Source of the DNA: Podarcis vaucheri
Lineage: Eukaryota
Strand: one strand, 5' to 3'
Assembly (NCBI GenBank): GCA_965113315.1
Contig: OZ220368.1
DNA: 64,000 nucleotides
Made by a program: the position numbers and the translations under genes. Each line of letters starts with the position of its first letter. Position 1 is the stretch's first letter. Shown here one piece after another: positions 1-12,800 of the stretch. The notes below the pieces were generated by a model. The model was not told where the DNA came from, searched no databases, and saw only the letters and a list, made by a program, of their open reading frames with translations.

Positions 1-289
1 TACCTCCACAGCAAACTCGCTTTTTCAGTCTGTTTTCCCTGGTAGGCTTTCTGGGCAAAGAGCCAGGCCGTGTTCTGAGAGGATCCCCCTTCTTGGTAAC
101 AAGACATTGCATCTCTTAACTACACAAAAACTGTCCAGTCACTGCTCTTTCACAGAGTTTAACTCATTCATTGAGAGCCTGAATGAAATGGATCATTAAT
201 ATTAAAGACTTAGGAGGAGTTCTGCTGGCTTAGACCAAAGGTCTATGCAGTCCAGCATCTTGTTCCTTACAGTGGTCAGCTTTTTTCCA

Positions 290-695
290 TACTTACCTAC
301 TGGAACCTTAGGATCCTCTTTGGAGGCCCTGCTCCAGGTGCCTCCACTAAATGAAGTAAGGGAGTAATTCTCAGGGAGAGGGCCTTTTTGGTAGTGGCAC
401 CACTGTTAATGGATCAGCTTTTCAAATGAGGTTGCTTGGCATCATCTTTGTTAACTTCTGAGTGCCAGGTGGATACCTTTCTATTTACCTAAGCCTCCTA
501 AACCAGTTATTGGGCCTCTCAGTTTTTAAATCCATGTTTTTAATCTGTGTATTTTCAACATTTGTTTAATTTTGACTTTGTGCTTTTATGCTTTATATTT
601 CTTTCCTTTCTTTTTTCCTTTTTTTTTTTTACTGTAAACCACCCAGATAACTTTGTGTTATGGTTTGAAATACAAAAGATAATGATGATCATGAT
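290..695 (+). mobile_element. Degenerate L2-type LINE 3' end
   Basis: agggccttttt ggtagtggcacc motif, T-rich tract, tgtaaaccacccaga and (ATG)n-like tail typical of squamate L2 ends; boundaries approximate. Confidence 0.55.
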
Positions 696-727
696 GAGCA
701 GTTCCTCCCACTTCTTTCTCATGCCAG

Positions 728-818
728 GGCAACACATTGAGGAAAATGCTTTTGTCTAATTATCTGCAAACCAAGAGGTCTGGCTCCAAAGGGGAGATTG
801 TTGACCCTTCTGGAACTG
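728..818 (+). CDS. ITPR3: ITPR3 coding exon ([14 protein letters not shown]...)
   Basis: ccag|GGC...ACTG|gtaag; resembles ITPR3 GNQLRKMLLQNYLQ. Confidence 0.9.
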
Positions 819-3800
819 GTAAGTGGTTTGCGGTTCTGGCTTTCATCTTCCTCATTCTTGTGTCATTTTCTCCCCATCCCTTCTCTGAGTCCCTTAAATC
901 CATCTTCTGCCACTCAGGTGTGCAGGACACAGATATAGGATTGGCTTTTCAGATGTTCTTGAAGGTGCACATGTTGGTTGCATCCAGCTTACTGTGAGCC
1001 AGACTCCTGGTCCATCTAGCTCAGGGTTTCCTGGTGCAGACTAGCAGTGGCCCTCTCATGGTTTCAGCCCTGCCATGGCTTGGATCTGGGGCTTTCTATG
1101 TGCAGGAGATGTGCTCTGTCACTGAGCCTTGGGCCTTACCTTCCACTTTGCTTTTCAAAGCTATCACTGTGAACCAGGGGGCTGTTTAGTATCCCTGGCC
1201 AAGCAGAGAGAAAACTGATGGATAGAGGAGCCAAGGTAGCAAATACTATTTGCGAATACAAATTATTCACCATCACCAGCTACTTAAGCTGATATGTAGC
1301 CCTTAATACAGTTTAATCGCATCAATGGTTTTTGCATCTTTTTGTGCTTGATTGGGCCAAAGTCACATAAACCGCCCGAGGGTAGTAATTAAACGGAGCA
1401 CCGTATTTTTCCATGTCTGAGGGTGACACATTAACTACTGAATTAGCCTTCCTCCCTGTATTAGTTAAGTTATGATTTTTAAGCTGTTCAGCTGCCTCCA
1501 TCTCCCTCTTCCCCTAATGTTCTTTTTGCCTACAGGCCAAGATCAGGATTGGTCAGTCATTGCTGCCATTCAGTGCCGGCTGGACAGAGAAGGGGCCACC
1601 AAGCTGGTGTCTGACCTCATCATGAACACCAAGAATGAGAAGATTTTTCAGGAAAGCATCCGCCTGGCCATACGGCTGCTGGACGGGGGCAACACAGAGA
1701 TACAGGTTTGTGTCTGCTGCGACAGCTTCCACTTAAGTTCAGATAACTACCCAAGTGCTCACTTTTTGCCTAGTGTAAATTCAGTTTAACTTCTAATGCC
1801 ATACTGTGACTGTGGGGTACATATCTCAACCGTGGCAGGGACAGAGCTACCAAATTTGACTGTCCCATGGTGTAATGTGATCCTGCGGCAACGACTTTGG
1901 GTGCCCCAGCAAGTGAGTACAAAACATGTTTGGTGGAATTAACCCTTAAAAAATAATAATATTACATCAGTTGGTTGACTATATGAGTTGTAAGACATCT
2001 AGCCAGATTTCTTTAAAATCATACCCTTGAGATGCCTAACTGTAGTACAGTGGTACCTCTAGTTATGAACACGATCCATTTGGGGCGCTGTTTGCACCTT
2101 GAAAAGTCCATAAGTAGAGCACCGCTACTGCGCGTTGTGTGCAGATTGTTTCTGCGTGTGCGGCGAACCCAGAAGTAAACACTTCCGGGTTTGCCGCGTT
2201 CGTAACCTGAAAGTTACGTAACCAGAGCGGTACGTAACTAGAGATATGACTGTAATAGATTTTCTTAAACAACTTTTGCTCCCTCTACTGTGCATCTTTA
2301 AAATAGCATGTTGTGACAACATTTCACTTTACCATTAACATTCCTTTATTTTAGAAACCTAATCTGGGCATAACTAACTTTGAAATACACATATCCAACT
2401 TTGTTCTAATTTAAGCTTTTCTAAAAGTTTTTGAAAAGCTGATGGGAGTATAATTTTCCTCCACTATATCATGAATCATAAATCTTGTAAGATTTTAACT
2501 TCCCTACCTCTCAGGGAAATTGTTGATGAAGCGTGATGTCATATTATAAATCTGATGGTGCAGACCAAACCATGGACTTCCTCTGCTGCTGAGTATCCTT
2601 CCTTCCATTGTGGTCATTATCCTTTTCCTTCTTGATACAATCTGGAAAATGTTAATTAGTATGAGTCTGGCTTGTGGAAATCTGCAGGATAGGAATTTTG
2701 TGTTGTGACCATCAGATCCCAATTGTAATATGAAACCTGAACTGCCTGTCAGAAGACCTTGTGATTGCTAAAGGTAATTCAGATGGCCTTGGAAGAAATG
2801 GTCAGTCCTAGCAGGATAAGAACTTAACAGGAGCCCCACTGGATCAGGCCAAAGGCCCATTAATCCAACACCCTGCTCTTTTGCAACGGCTTCCCAAATG
2901 CTTATCGGAAGCCTGAAAGGAGGACTAAGTGTCTAACCACTCTCCCTGTTCCTCCCACCCTTTCTGAAGAAATCATTCTATAACTTGATGACGGGTGACA
3001 AGAAGTCAGAAAAGTTCTTTAAAGTTCTGCATGACCGGATGAAGAAAGCTCAGCAGGAAGTCAAGTCTACAGTGACTGTGAACATGAGCGATATTGGCAA
3101 CAAACCTCGTGAGGACAAAGACTCCCCAGACCATACCAGCAAAGGTATGTGGAAACCCAGTTTATTCTGGGCTCACCAGAGCCTGTGACAGCAGAGAGGA
3201 GCCTGTGGTTTATGGGTCACATGTAACCCTCATCCTCATGTGGATGACGAGGAGAGAGACAGAGAGATAGAAGTGCCCCAACCACTTTTTGCGCTACCCT
3301 GCTCCCCCACACGCTGACTTTGGCCCTGCCCATCACCAGCAAGCATTCCCCCATAGATTACTCCTGAAGGAATGCAGCCCTCCATGGGAAAATAAAGGTT
3401 CCTTGCACTGAGAAACAGTACGGGTGCTATTTTTTTATCTCTATCCATCTTTAAGCCAGCTCCCTCAGCATTCTGCAAGTGTAGGGTTAACTTGGTCCTT
3501 AATAAACTAAAGCTCCAGGAAACACCCAGCTTAGGTGAAAGGCTGTCTGTCATCCAGGCTGGCAATAACTATATTAGGGAAACACCTAATTACTGGGGGC
3601 AGGGATCCTTGGTGTGTATCACTGTTGCCAGCCTAAACCACATGGTATTTCAGCTTCCTGGTAGGAGCCATGCTCCAGGACAGCAAATGGGTGAGCCTTC
3701 TGTCAGTACGTTACAAAGTCTTCAGTGGCCGGGTCTTCCAGAGTGTCAAAAAGGGGACATCACTTGAGCTGCTGGGTGATGCTTACAGGAAGGGAGAGGC

Positions 3801-6800
3801 TCAGTGGAACAAAGGGGGATGCCTGTTGGGGGTTCTTTTTCTGAAGAGTCAGACAGACTGGCTTTAGGCCTTCCAGACAGGTTGCCACAACTCATACACT
3901 AAGCCAGTAATCAAGTGTTGATTTCCTTGCAGAACGAGTCACATCTTTCATGCTGCCCAGCGCCCCATCCCGTTATCCAATGGGCGTAGGGCTCCGGACT
4001 GGCCATGATGCAAGGGATAGAAGCCAAAGCAATGAAATGGGTGTGTCCGTCTTGATCATGGAGCCAATTCTTCGCTTCCTGCAGCTGCTGTGTGAGAATC
4101 ACAACCGGGATCTCCAGGTGGGCATCTTGCACTGAAATGGGTCCCTTCTGCTGCATATCTCATATCCAAGTGATGTCTGCTGTTGAAAAGATGCCTGCCA
4201 CTGAGATGCCTCTTAAACTCTGCTCTTGGTTTCACAGAACTTCCTCCGCTGTCAGAACAATAAAACCAACTACAATCTGGTGTGTGAAACCCTGCAGTTT
4301 CTGGATATTATGTGTGGTAGTACCACAGGACGGCTGGGCTTGTTGGGCCTCTACATCAATGAATACAATGTGGCCCTCATCACCCAGACTCTGGAGACAC
4401 TGACAGAATATTGCCAGGGACCCTGTCATGAGAACCAGGTAACCCCAACTGACTTGTGGATAAAATCACATTGCTTCATCATCCAGTGAAATCGTGAGTT
4501 CAGCTTGATTCACACACTCAGAATATGGAGATGCTGGATAGAGCATCAATTTTTATGTCACAGCATTTGAATAGGAGCAGAGATTTTGAGTCAGCTGTGA
4601 GCCAGTTGAGTAACTCGCTTGTATTAACCCACAGAGCTGCATTGTGACCCATGAGTCAAACGGCATAGACATCATCACAGCCCTGATCCTCAATGACATC
4701 AGCCCCCTCTGCAAGTACCGAATGGACTTGGTTCTTCAGCTAAAGGTAGATGGCTTGGCTGGAAATGTGGTGATGGGACAGGGAGGGATGGGAGATATGG
4801 GATGGCAAGAGATGCTTCATGTTGGGGGTTGACTTCCTGCATGCAATTATTTCATGGTCAGACTAGAACGTATTTGAATGTGATCATTCTAGCTCTTTGT
4901 GCCAAAACAGGGTTTTGCATGCACCAAACTCCGTCCACTTCCTGCCTCTCAAATACTGCCCACCCAATCATAGTGTGTGTTGGTTCCTCCTTGCTCTCCC
5001 TCATCCCTTTGGAATCCTGATTTCTCTTGTAGCTTTGATGGAGGATTGATCCTCTGCAGAGTGAGTGCGCTCTGGATACATGGTGTGTTGAAACCATCTA
5101 TCTTTACTGCAGTATCTTTTGTTTGTTTGTTATTAGGACAATGCCTCCAAGCTTTTGCTGGCCCTGATGGAGAGCAGGCATGACAGTGAGAATGCCGAGC
5201 GGATTCTCATCAGCCTTCGGCCTCAGGAATTGGTAAGAATGTTGAGGGGGCTGGGATAGCTCTGTGTGGTCTTTCCTGCTTTTGAGAGATCTCTTGAAAT
5301 AAAGGGGACCTGGAATTGTGTGGAGCACAATTGGGATATAGGACATCCATCCTTTAAGCAGCTTCTCATCCTCCTCTTTATCAGCTTTGCAGTTCCCTCT
5401 TGACAGAGCCTTGTAGAAATATAACCTGTTTTACTTCACGTACGTGGAATCCATTTGCTCCTAAGTAACTGGTCTCAGTCTGCACCATGTTAGATGGGTA
5501 GCATCTCTGAGCACTCTTCAGACAATATGCCAGCTACCTTGCTCCTTGGCAAATTCAGCAGAGGGACCAAGAGAATAATAGATTATAGCAGGGGTGTGGA
5601 ACATTTTTCAGGCTGAGGACTGCATTTCCTTGCTGGCAACATTTTGGAAGCCTCATGCCGATGGTGGGTAGAGTTTGAGGCAGGAGTAGGCAGAGCAATG
5701 GATGTGACTCTGCAAAAGCCCAAGGTTTCTGTACCCACTTATCTCCATCTTCCAACAAGAAAAGCCACACACACTGTCCCAGTTCCAAGAACACATTCCA
5801 GCCAGGCAAAAGCCCTCAAAGAGGGTGTGAAGCAGGGTCTGTGAGGGACATGGCATGGAAACAGGGGAAGTGACCTGAGGAGAGTGGACATGGCCTTGGG
5901 AGATCCCTCACACACAATAAATAGGCCTGGAAGGGTCTTCATCAGCTCACAAGCCTGAGGTTTGCCCAGAGACCATAATACAGTAGGGTCAAAATTGAGA
6001 CACTAGCTGGTCAGTTGACGAGAATTTGCCTTGCTGCCCTTTGGTTTCCATACTACTTGGAAACATTTGGCAAAGACTAGAATGGAATAAGGGGTTGGTG
6101 AGGTGGGTTGGAATTTGTGGACTCTAAGATGGGGCAGCTATGTGGGAGGGAAAAAGACTCAGGGCATTATTTTCAACCCTTCTGGATTCTGAGATTTTTA
6201 GTCCATTTCTCTACAAGAGCTAGTAACAGGAAAGCTGTGCGTTTTCTTATTAAAAATGAAAGCTGCGATTCTCAGGATACCAAATTCTTCACAGAATAGC
6301 AGATTCTCTGCTCATACGGCAAGCCTACCTGTTTACTATTCTATTGCTATAGCCTTGCCTATAGCAGATTCCTGCTTTAGTGACCAGGACTTATGTGTCA
6401 AATATTTCACAGGTTGATGTCATTAAGAAAGCCTATGTTCAAGAAGAAGAGTGTGAGAACTCTGATGTTTCTCCTCGGGAAGTTGGACACAACATCTACA
6501 TTTTAGCCCTACAGGTATCCTTTGTATGAATGCTTTACTGCTTGATAAAGATTCCTTTCCCTTTTGCTAGGCGCTGATGCCCTTGAGGATGAAGGGTGGA
6601 TTAGAAAGGGTTACTCTTCCCACATTCTCCCTCCAGACCAATTAAAATAGTTTCTCAAGCACAACATTGGAAGATTTCAGCCTCAGTTGACAGGTGGATG
6701 GAGCTGCAGTCTTGACCCGCATGCAATACAACACACTTCCAACGGAAAGAAATAGACATCTGGGGTTTTGTTCTCTCTTCAAACTCAAATCTGCTTTACC

Positions 6801-6855
6801 CTTCAGTTTTTATTCCTTCTTTCTCCACACAAACCAAGATCAAGGAAGTACATTG

Positions 6856-6887
<32 letters not shown>

Positions 6888-9800
6888 CATACTCTCATCC
6901 CACAGCTCCATATAAACCTTTAAATGGGGAGGAGGAAGCAATGGTGCAACTGATGGGCAGAGCAATTTAAAAACCCAATCTGCTGTGCTGGAGGGAGTTT
7001 AGATGTGATGGAGGTATCCCTCCACCCAGCCCAGCTTGGCTCTCCTGACCTTTGCTGTGGAGGTTGCTCCATCATTGGTGGGAAAGCCCTGCAAGCAAGG
7101 AGCATCCCAATGTTCCTGTCCAAATGATGGGCACCAGCGCTACTTTTGGTTGAACTGGTGATGTGCATTCTGAAAGGATGCACTGATGCAAAGACTTTTT
7201 TTTTTAATGATTGTAACTGAGTGACATCAGGCTTCAAAGCAAACAAGCTTTCACCTATCCACAAATGACTTTGTAGTCAGCTGTTAGGCTCTGGCAATTC
7301 AGTGTTTGTTTTCTTTACGTTTTCAGCTGTCTCGGCACAACAAGCATCTCCAGCATCTCTTAAAACCTGTGAAACGAATTCAGGAGGAGGAGGAGGAAGG
7401 GATCTCTTCTATGGTATGTGTATGCTCCCTATTGAAACAGGAAGGTGCTTAGGAAATACTGCTGACATATTGCGTCAGTCCTGGTAAGGGACAGTTCTGC
7501 AGCTGTTTCCCATAATTTAATTTTTCATCTGTTTACATTTTCCCATGAGGTGAAATGTGGAGATGGTGAAGCTACACAAGCCTTCAATGATCCAAATCCA
7601 TAAGGATGTTAACTAAGGACATTGCTACTTTGTCAGTTTATAAAGGATTTTATTAAAACACTGTTGTAATGCTTTTGAGGTGTTTTGTGCTAGTGAAACC
7701 AAAGGCTGTGATTGAGAAACATTTATGCCATGGAATGTTCACAAGCATTTATTTTTTTTAACTGCGGAGGTAGTGAAGCTGTCTACATCAGCATTTTGGC
7801 AAAGAGTCTGTTTGTGAGGGAAATCAAATAGTTTCAAGGATTAAAATTATGCACAGGCCCAAGGGCAATGTGGCTAAGGGAAGGAGGCAGAGTTGGCAGT
7901 GGACCAAAAAACAGAAACTTAAAGATAGGTAGAAGAGACAGAGGCTTTGGGAAAAGGTGGTCGAAGAAGAGAAGCAGATATGAAACAGAGCTGTGGGTTG
8001 CAGGCAAACTTCAAACATTACTGAGTGGCTGGATGGCTAGAGTATGGCAGTTGGCTCTACTTAAGAAACTTTACTCACTGTTGTGGAGGTACACAAACAT
8101 CAGAACAGGTTTGTGGACATATGCCTTATATTAGTGGCTATTTTTGTTGTATATATTATGATTTATATGGTGTTTTTACTGTTTGATTTTACTATTTGTT
8201 TTTGCTGTTTGACCCTGTTGAATTTGTTAGCTTCTCAGAATGACCCAATGTGCATGGTTAAGAGTCAGGTTAGCCAGAGGGTACAGGGAGGAATAGGCAA
8301 TGGCTTAACAATAAAAGGTAAAAAAAAGAAAAGAAAAAAGGTGAAGGACCGCTGGATGGTTAAGTTCAGTCAAAGGAGACTATAGGGTACGGAGCTCATC
8401 TTGCTTCAGGCCGAGGGAGCTGGCACTTGACCAGCTTTCTGGGTCATGTGGCCAGCATGACTAAACTGCTTCCGGTGCAACGGAACACCGTGACGGAAAC
8501 CAGAGTGCATGGAAACGCCGTTTACCTTTTCGCTGCAGTGGTACCTATTTATTTACTTGTGCTGCTATGCTTTCAAACTGCTAGGTTGGCAGGAGTTGCG
8601 GCAAAGCAATGGGAGCTCACCCCATCATGGGGATTCAAATCGCTGACCTTCTGATTGGCAAGCCCAAGAGGCTCAGTGGTTTAGACCACAGCGCCACCTG
8701 CATCCCTGGGTTCATAATAGGTCACGGAGGCACAGAATGGAACAATGAAATGGCCTTACTTCTTGGCCTTCAGATCAAGAACAGGGGGGGAAAGCTTTTG
8801 AGCGATAGTATGTTACACCAGAAGAGGAAAAAAGAACCCCATACACCAAAGTAGGAAATCTACTGGATGATTGTACAACTTTGTGTTGCTTTCCTGAGGG
8901 CATAGTGGTCTCTGTACACACCTTCCCTCACCTCCCGGTAGTTCTTTATACAGCAGTGCAGGTGAGTTTTCCCTGTGGTACAACCAACGTTCCTTTTATT
9001 TTTCAGAGATAGCCACATTGACTGCTTGGCTGTGAGCTTGTTTGCTCACATTGCACAGTCTAAGACCACAATCATTACCCAGTTATAATTCAATTTCTGT
9101 GTGGGGATTTATGGGCACTGATTTGTAATTTACAGATTAGTGGTCTTTGGCTGTTAATTAGTGTGCTGAATTGAATGGCTGTCTCCCAGGGGAAGCGCAG
9201 GCCCTGTCCACCCTGACTATATATGCTCCCCTCACCCCCCAGAGCTTGTCATACCTAGTAAATACAAGGAAATGTACTGCTAATACATAGCTGAAGGAGA
9301 TTCCCCTCGGGCCTTTACAAGCTGAGGATATAGTATTTCCCCCTTCTCTTTCTCACAGCTCATTCTACACAACAAACAGCTGACCCAGATGCTGAAATCA
9401 ACAACTCCTGTCCAAGAGGAAGAGGAAGATCCACTAGCGTATTATGAGAAGCACACATCCCAGATAGAGGTGGGGTTGACTTTTTTCATAGCTATCTCTA
9501 CACGTTTTCAAATCTGCGTGTAATTAGAATTTTTGGGGGTCATGTCTGGTATCTGGATTTATCTAGCAGATGACCTAAACGGTGTAACATACAGTTCTGC
9601 ATTTCATTATCTAACAGCATGTGGATGACCTGCTCCGAAATCTCCATAAGGGGCTAGTGAGGGGGCCTAGGATACTGTGATTCCCAGGCCTCCTCTGATT
9701 TGCCCTCACAAATGGCAAAAATGTACATCAGTTCTGAAGTTAGCATAATTGTTTTCTCTTCCATTAGTGTCAATAGTGGGAAAACTACTTTTCATGAAAG

Positions 9801-12800
9801 CTGAATGAAGGCAGTACACAATAGAAAACCTCCAGCTCTGGCTGGTGTGAGCCAGTAGGCTTTAGGAAATGGTGGTTTCTCCTCTACAGAATTTCTCTCC
9901 TCATCCTCAACTTTAGGATGGCTCTATTAGCCACCAGAGCTGCTGCTTTTGCAGCTTTTTAAGTTGCGTAACCAATTTTTCAAGAGCTCAGGCTCCTGCC
10001 TGTCAGCTGTCACCCCATTAGTTCTGCTTGAATGTAAGGAATCGTGCCGGAATACACTAATGTAGCCTCCTCCCTTGTGACTAGCAAATCTCTTTGGAAA
10101 ATGCCCTGTGGTTGACTCAAGATTCCACCTAGTCATGTCCTTTCTCTACCTTATCCTGAGCCATATAAAAACCTTTATGCTGCTGCATCTGGTGATGCTA
10201 ACTCTTGCCTGCCAGTGTTGAAGCACTGGCCCATGCTGTTTGCTGGTGCAGCGTCCTGGATTAGCTGCAACTCTAGCAGACATTGTGCCCCAACCCAGAT
10301 GCTTATTTCCTGGGTTTCGCTGCTGGGGGTGCTTGTCACATATATAGATGCACTGGTTTTAGCTGTATGTTTTATACATACGGTTTTCAACTGCTTTGAC
10401 CCATACGTAAGCTACCAGGATAAAGTGGGAGAAAGACCTAGGTCCCTTCCAGGATATGAACCAAAGACTCCTCAAATCTCTGCTTTCTCCCAGATTGTGC
10501 GCCTGGACCGCAGCATGGAGCAGATCATCTTCCCGGTGCCCAGCATCTGCGAGTTTGTGACCAAAGAGACGAAATACCGCCTGTTCACCACAACAGAGCA
10601 GGATGACCAGGGCAGCAAAGTCAGTGACTTCTTTGAGCAGTCGTCCTTCCTCCACAATGAGATGGAATGGCAGAAGAAACTGCGCAGTAAGACTAGAACA
10701 AGGCAGGAGGCTGTTTGTACAGATAATAATTTAGAATGCCAAATTGTATGTCAGCTCAAGCCCCTGCAGCACCTGTTGAGGAGGGGGGATAGTCAAGTGA
10801 TGTTCACCGGGCTCCACTGACCCTGTCCTGAAGGTGGCACCCAAGTCATTCCCTGCAGCTCCCCAGAGAATCATGGGGCAATGCAGACTCCATAGCCCTG
10901 GAGAGGGCGCTTTGGAGCGATCATTTCAATAGCCGTTTCTGTTTCACAGTGAGACTACAGCTTTTTCAGGAGTGCCAACCACGTCAATCAGGAAACCCCT
11001 AGATGATTCAATAATCCATTGAATTCTATAAGTCTCTGGGGCAGACCATCTTATTTTATTTTTTTCTTTAAATTTGTATCTTGCCCTTCCTCCCAAAGCA
11101 ACCCAGAGGCAGTCAACAAGTAGCAAAACAATAAAGGAAATATTTAAAACAATTCCAGGTGCAGACTGGGAAAGATTTCAGTGCAAATGTCTTGTTGAAA
11201 GTGGAAGGTCTTCAGCTGTTGCCGAAAAGACAAGAGATGGTGCCTGTCTAATATTCAGTAGTTCCACACCCCTGCAGGAGGATATTACTGTTGCCAGTCC
11301 AAGTGTCATCAAGGAATGATCTACCCATGACAATGAGCTCATTGCAAACTCTCTCTGCAGCCACTCGCTCTATAGCAAAGACCAGTTCAAGAGTGTGCCC
11401 TTCCACTTATTTGGGGCCTGTGATAAACTGAGATAGCCCCATAGTAGTCATGCAGGCCACAATGAGCTGAATTTGTAGAGGCAGCCTCTGCATGGACATT
11501 GACATCTCCCTACACTGCTGTGTGGGGATTCTCAGAGACCACCAGTCAGGGAGGTTGCTGGGTGGGTGGCACATCTGCAGCATCCCTATTCCCCTCTCTT
11601 AGCTCTGAGAGAGCTGACTGGATGTCCCTTTAAATCAACAGTGGCTAACCCATAGCTGCCCAAACTACAACTCCCATCATCCTTGCCATTGGCCATGCTG
11701 GCTGGGGCTGATGGGAGTTGGAGTCCAATAAGATATGGAGGGCTGCTGTTTCACCCTCCCTGCTTAACATTGAAAATCATAGTGAGCTTTTCTACAGAAA
11801 ACAGGGGTAGAAAGAATGAAATGAGGACATGATCCTGGACCAGTTTTATGTGCTGCAGCCCACTGAAATGTGGTGAGCACAAATATGAGGTATCATTTGA
11901 AAATTATGTCCCAGTTTCTGGCAATTGATAGTGTTTGCAACTGGGTTGGGGAAACAAGAGCATTGATCCCTGGCTCTATAAATAATTGCACTGAGATTGC
12001 TGGGTCTTTGGAGAGTTCTGTGCTACTTTCCAAAAGCATACAAGATATACTCAGCTTTGCCTTTCTTTCTTCTCATAGGCAATCCACTGATGTACTGGTT
12101 CTCCCGCAGAATGACACTCTGGGGAAGCATTTCCTTCAACCTGGCTGTCTTCATAAACATCATCATTGCTTTATTCTATCCTTATGTCGAGGCATCCTCA
12201 ATGGGTACATCAGGCTCACTTTGATTTTTATACAACCATTGGATCCCTTTGCAGGGGTACTCTGTCCACTTGGTATTCATGCAAAGAAAATGCTATCTGA
12301 GGCCCTGTGGTTCTTCAGTCAATTTTGCCAGCTAAGTCTTTGCAGCCAACTCGCTAGCAGTTCTTTACCTCAAATAAGCTATCATTTCAAAAACCCTAAT
12401 CACTTACCTTTTTGTGAACATTAAAAATAAACCCCCTTTGGAAAGAACCTTTCTGCAAAACCTTTGGTAAACTAGTTCCCAGTAAGAAGCTGTGTTCTGT
12501 TTGACTATTATGAGTGTTTTTGGAAACAAACAAGCATGCAGATCAGTGGTTTTCAACCAGTGTGCCGTGGCACCCTGGGGTGCCTTGAATGATGGTCAGG
12601 GGTGCCACGGGCAACACTGGCCTCTGTCCATCTTTCCTTCCCTCCTTCCTCTGATGCCCTCTTGCATCTCTGCCTCCCAAAGGCTTGCACAGCTGTTTGT
12701 TGTAGCAGTCCTGGCTATAAGCTCTGCAGGTATTCACAAGGTATTATGCAGGTGTCAGGGGTGCTGGTTGCCAGGAGCTGAAGTGGCCTTGGGGTAAGAG

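Noticed and set aside
10215-10820. 201-aa ORF
   Set aside because: Only 10494-10686 is ITPR3 exon; the rest is intronic read-through. The same applies to 1472..1789, 12806..13297 and 17939..18262.
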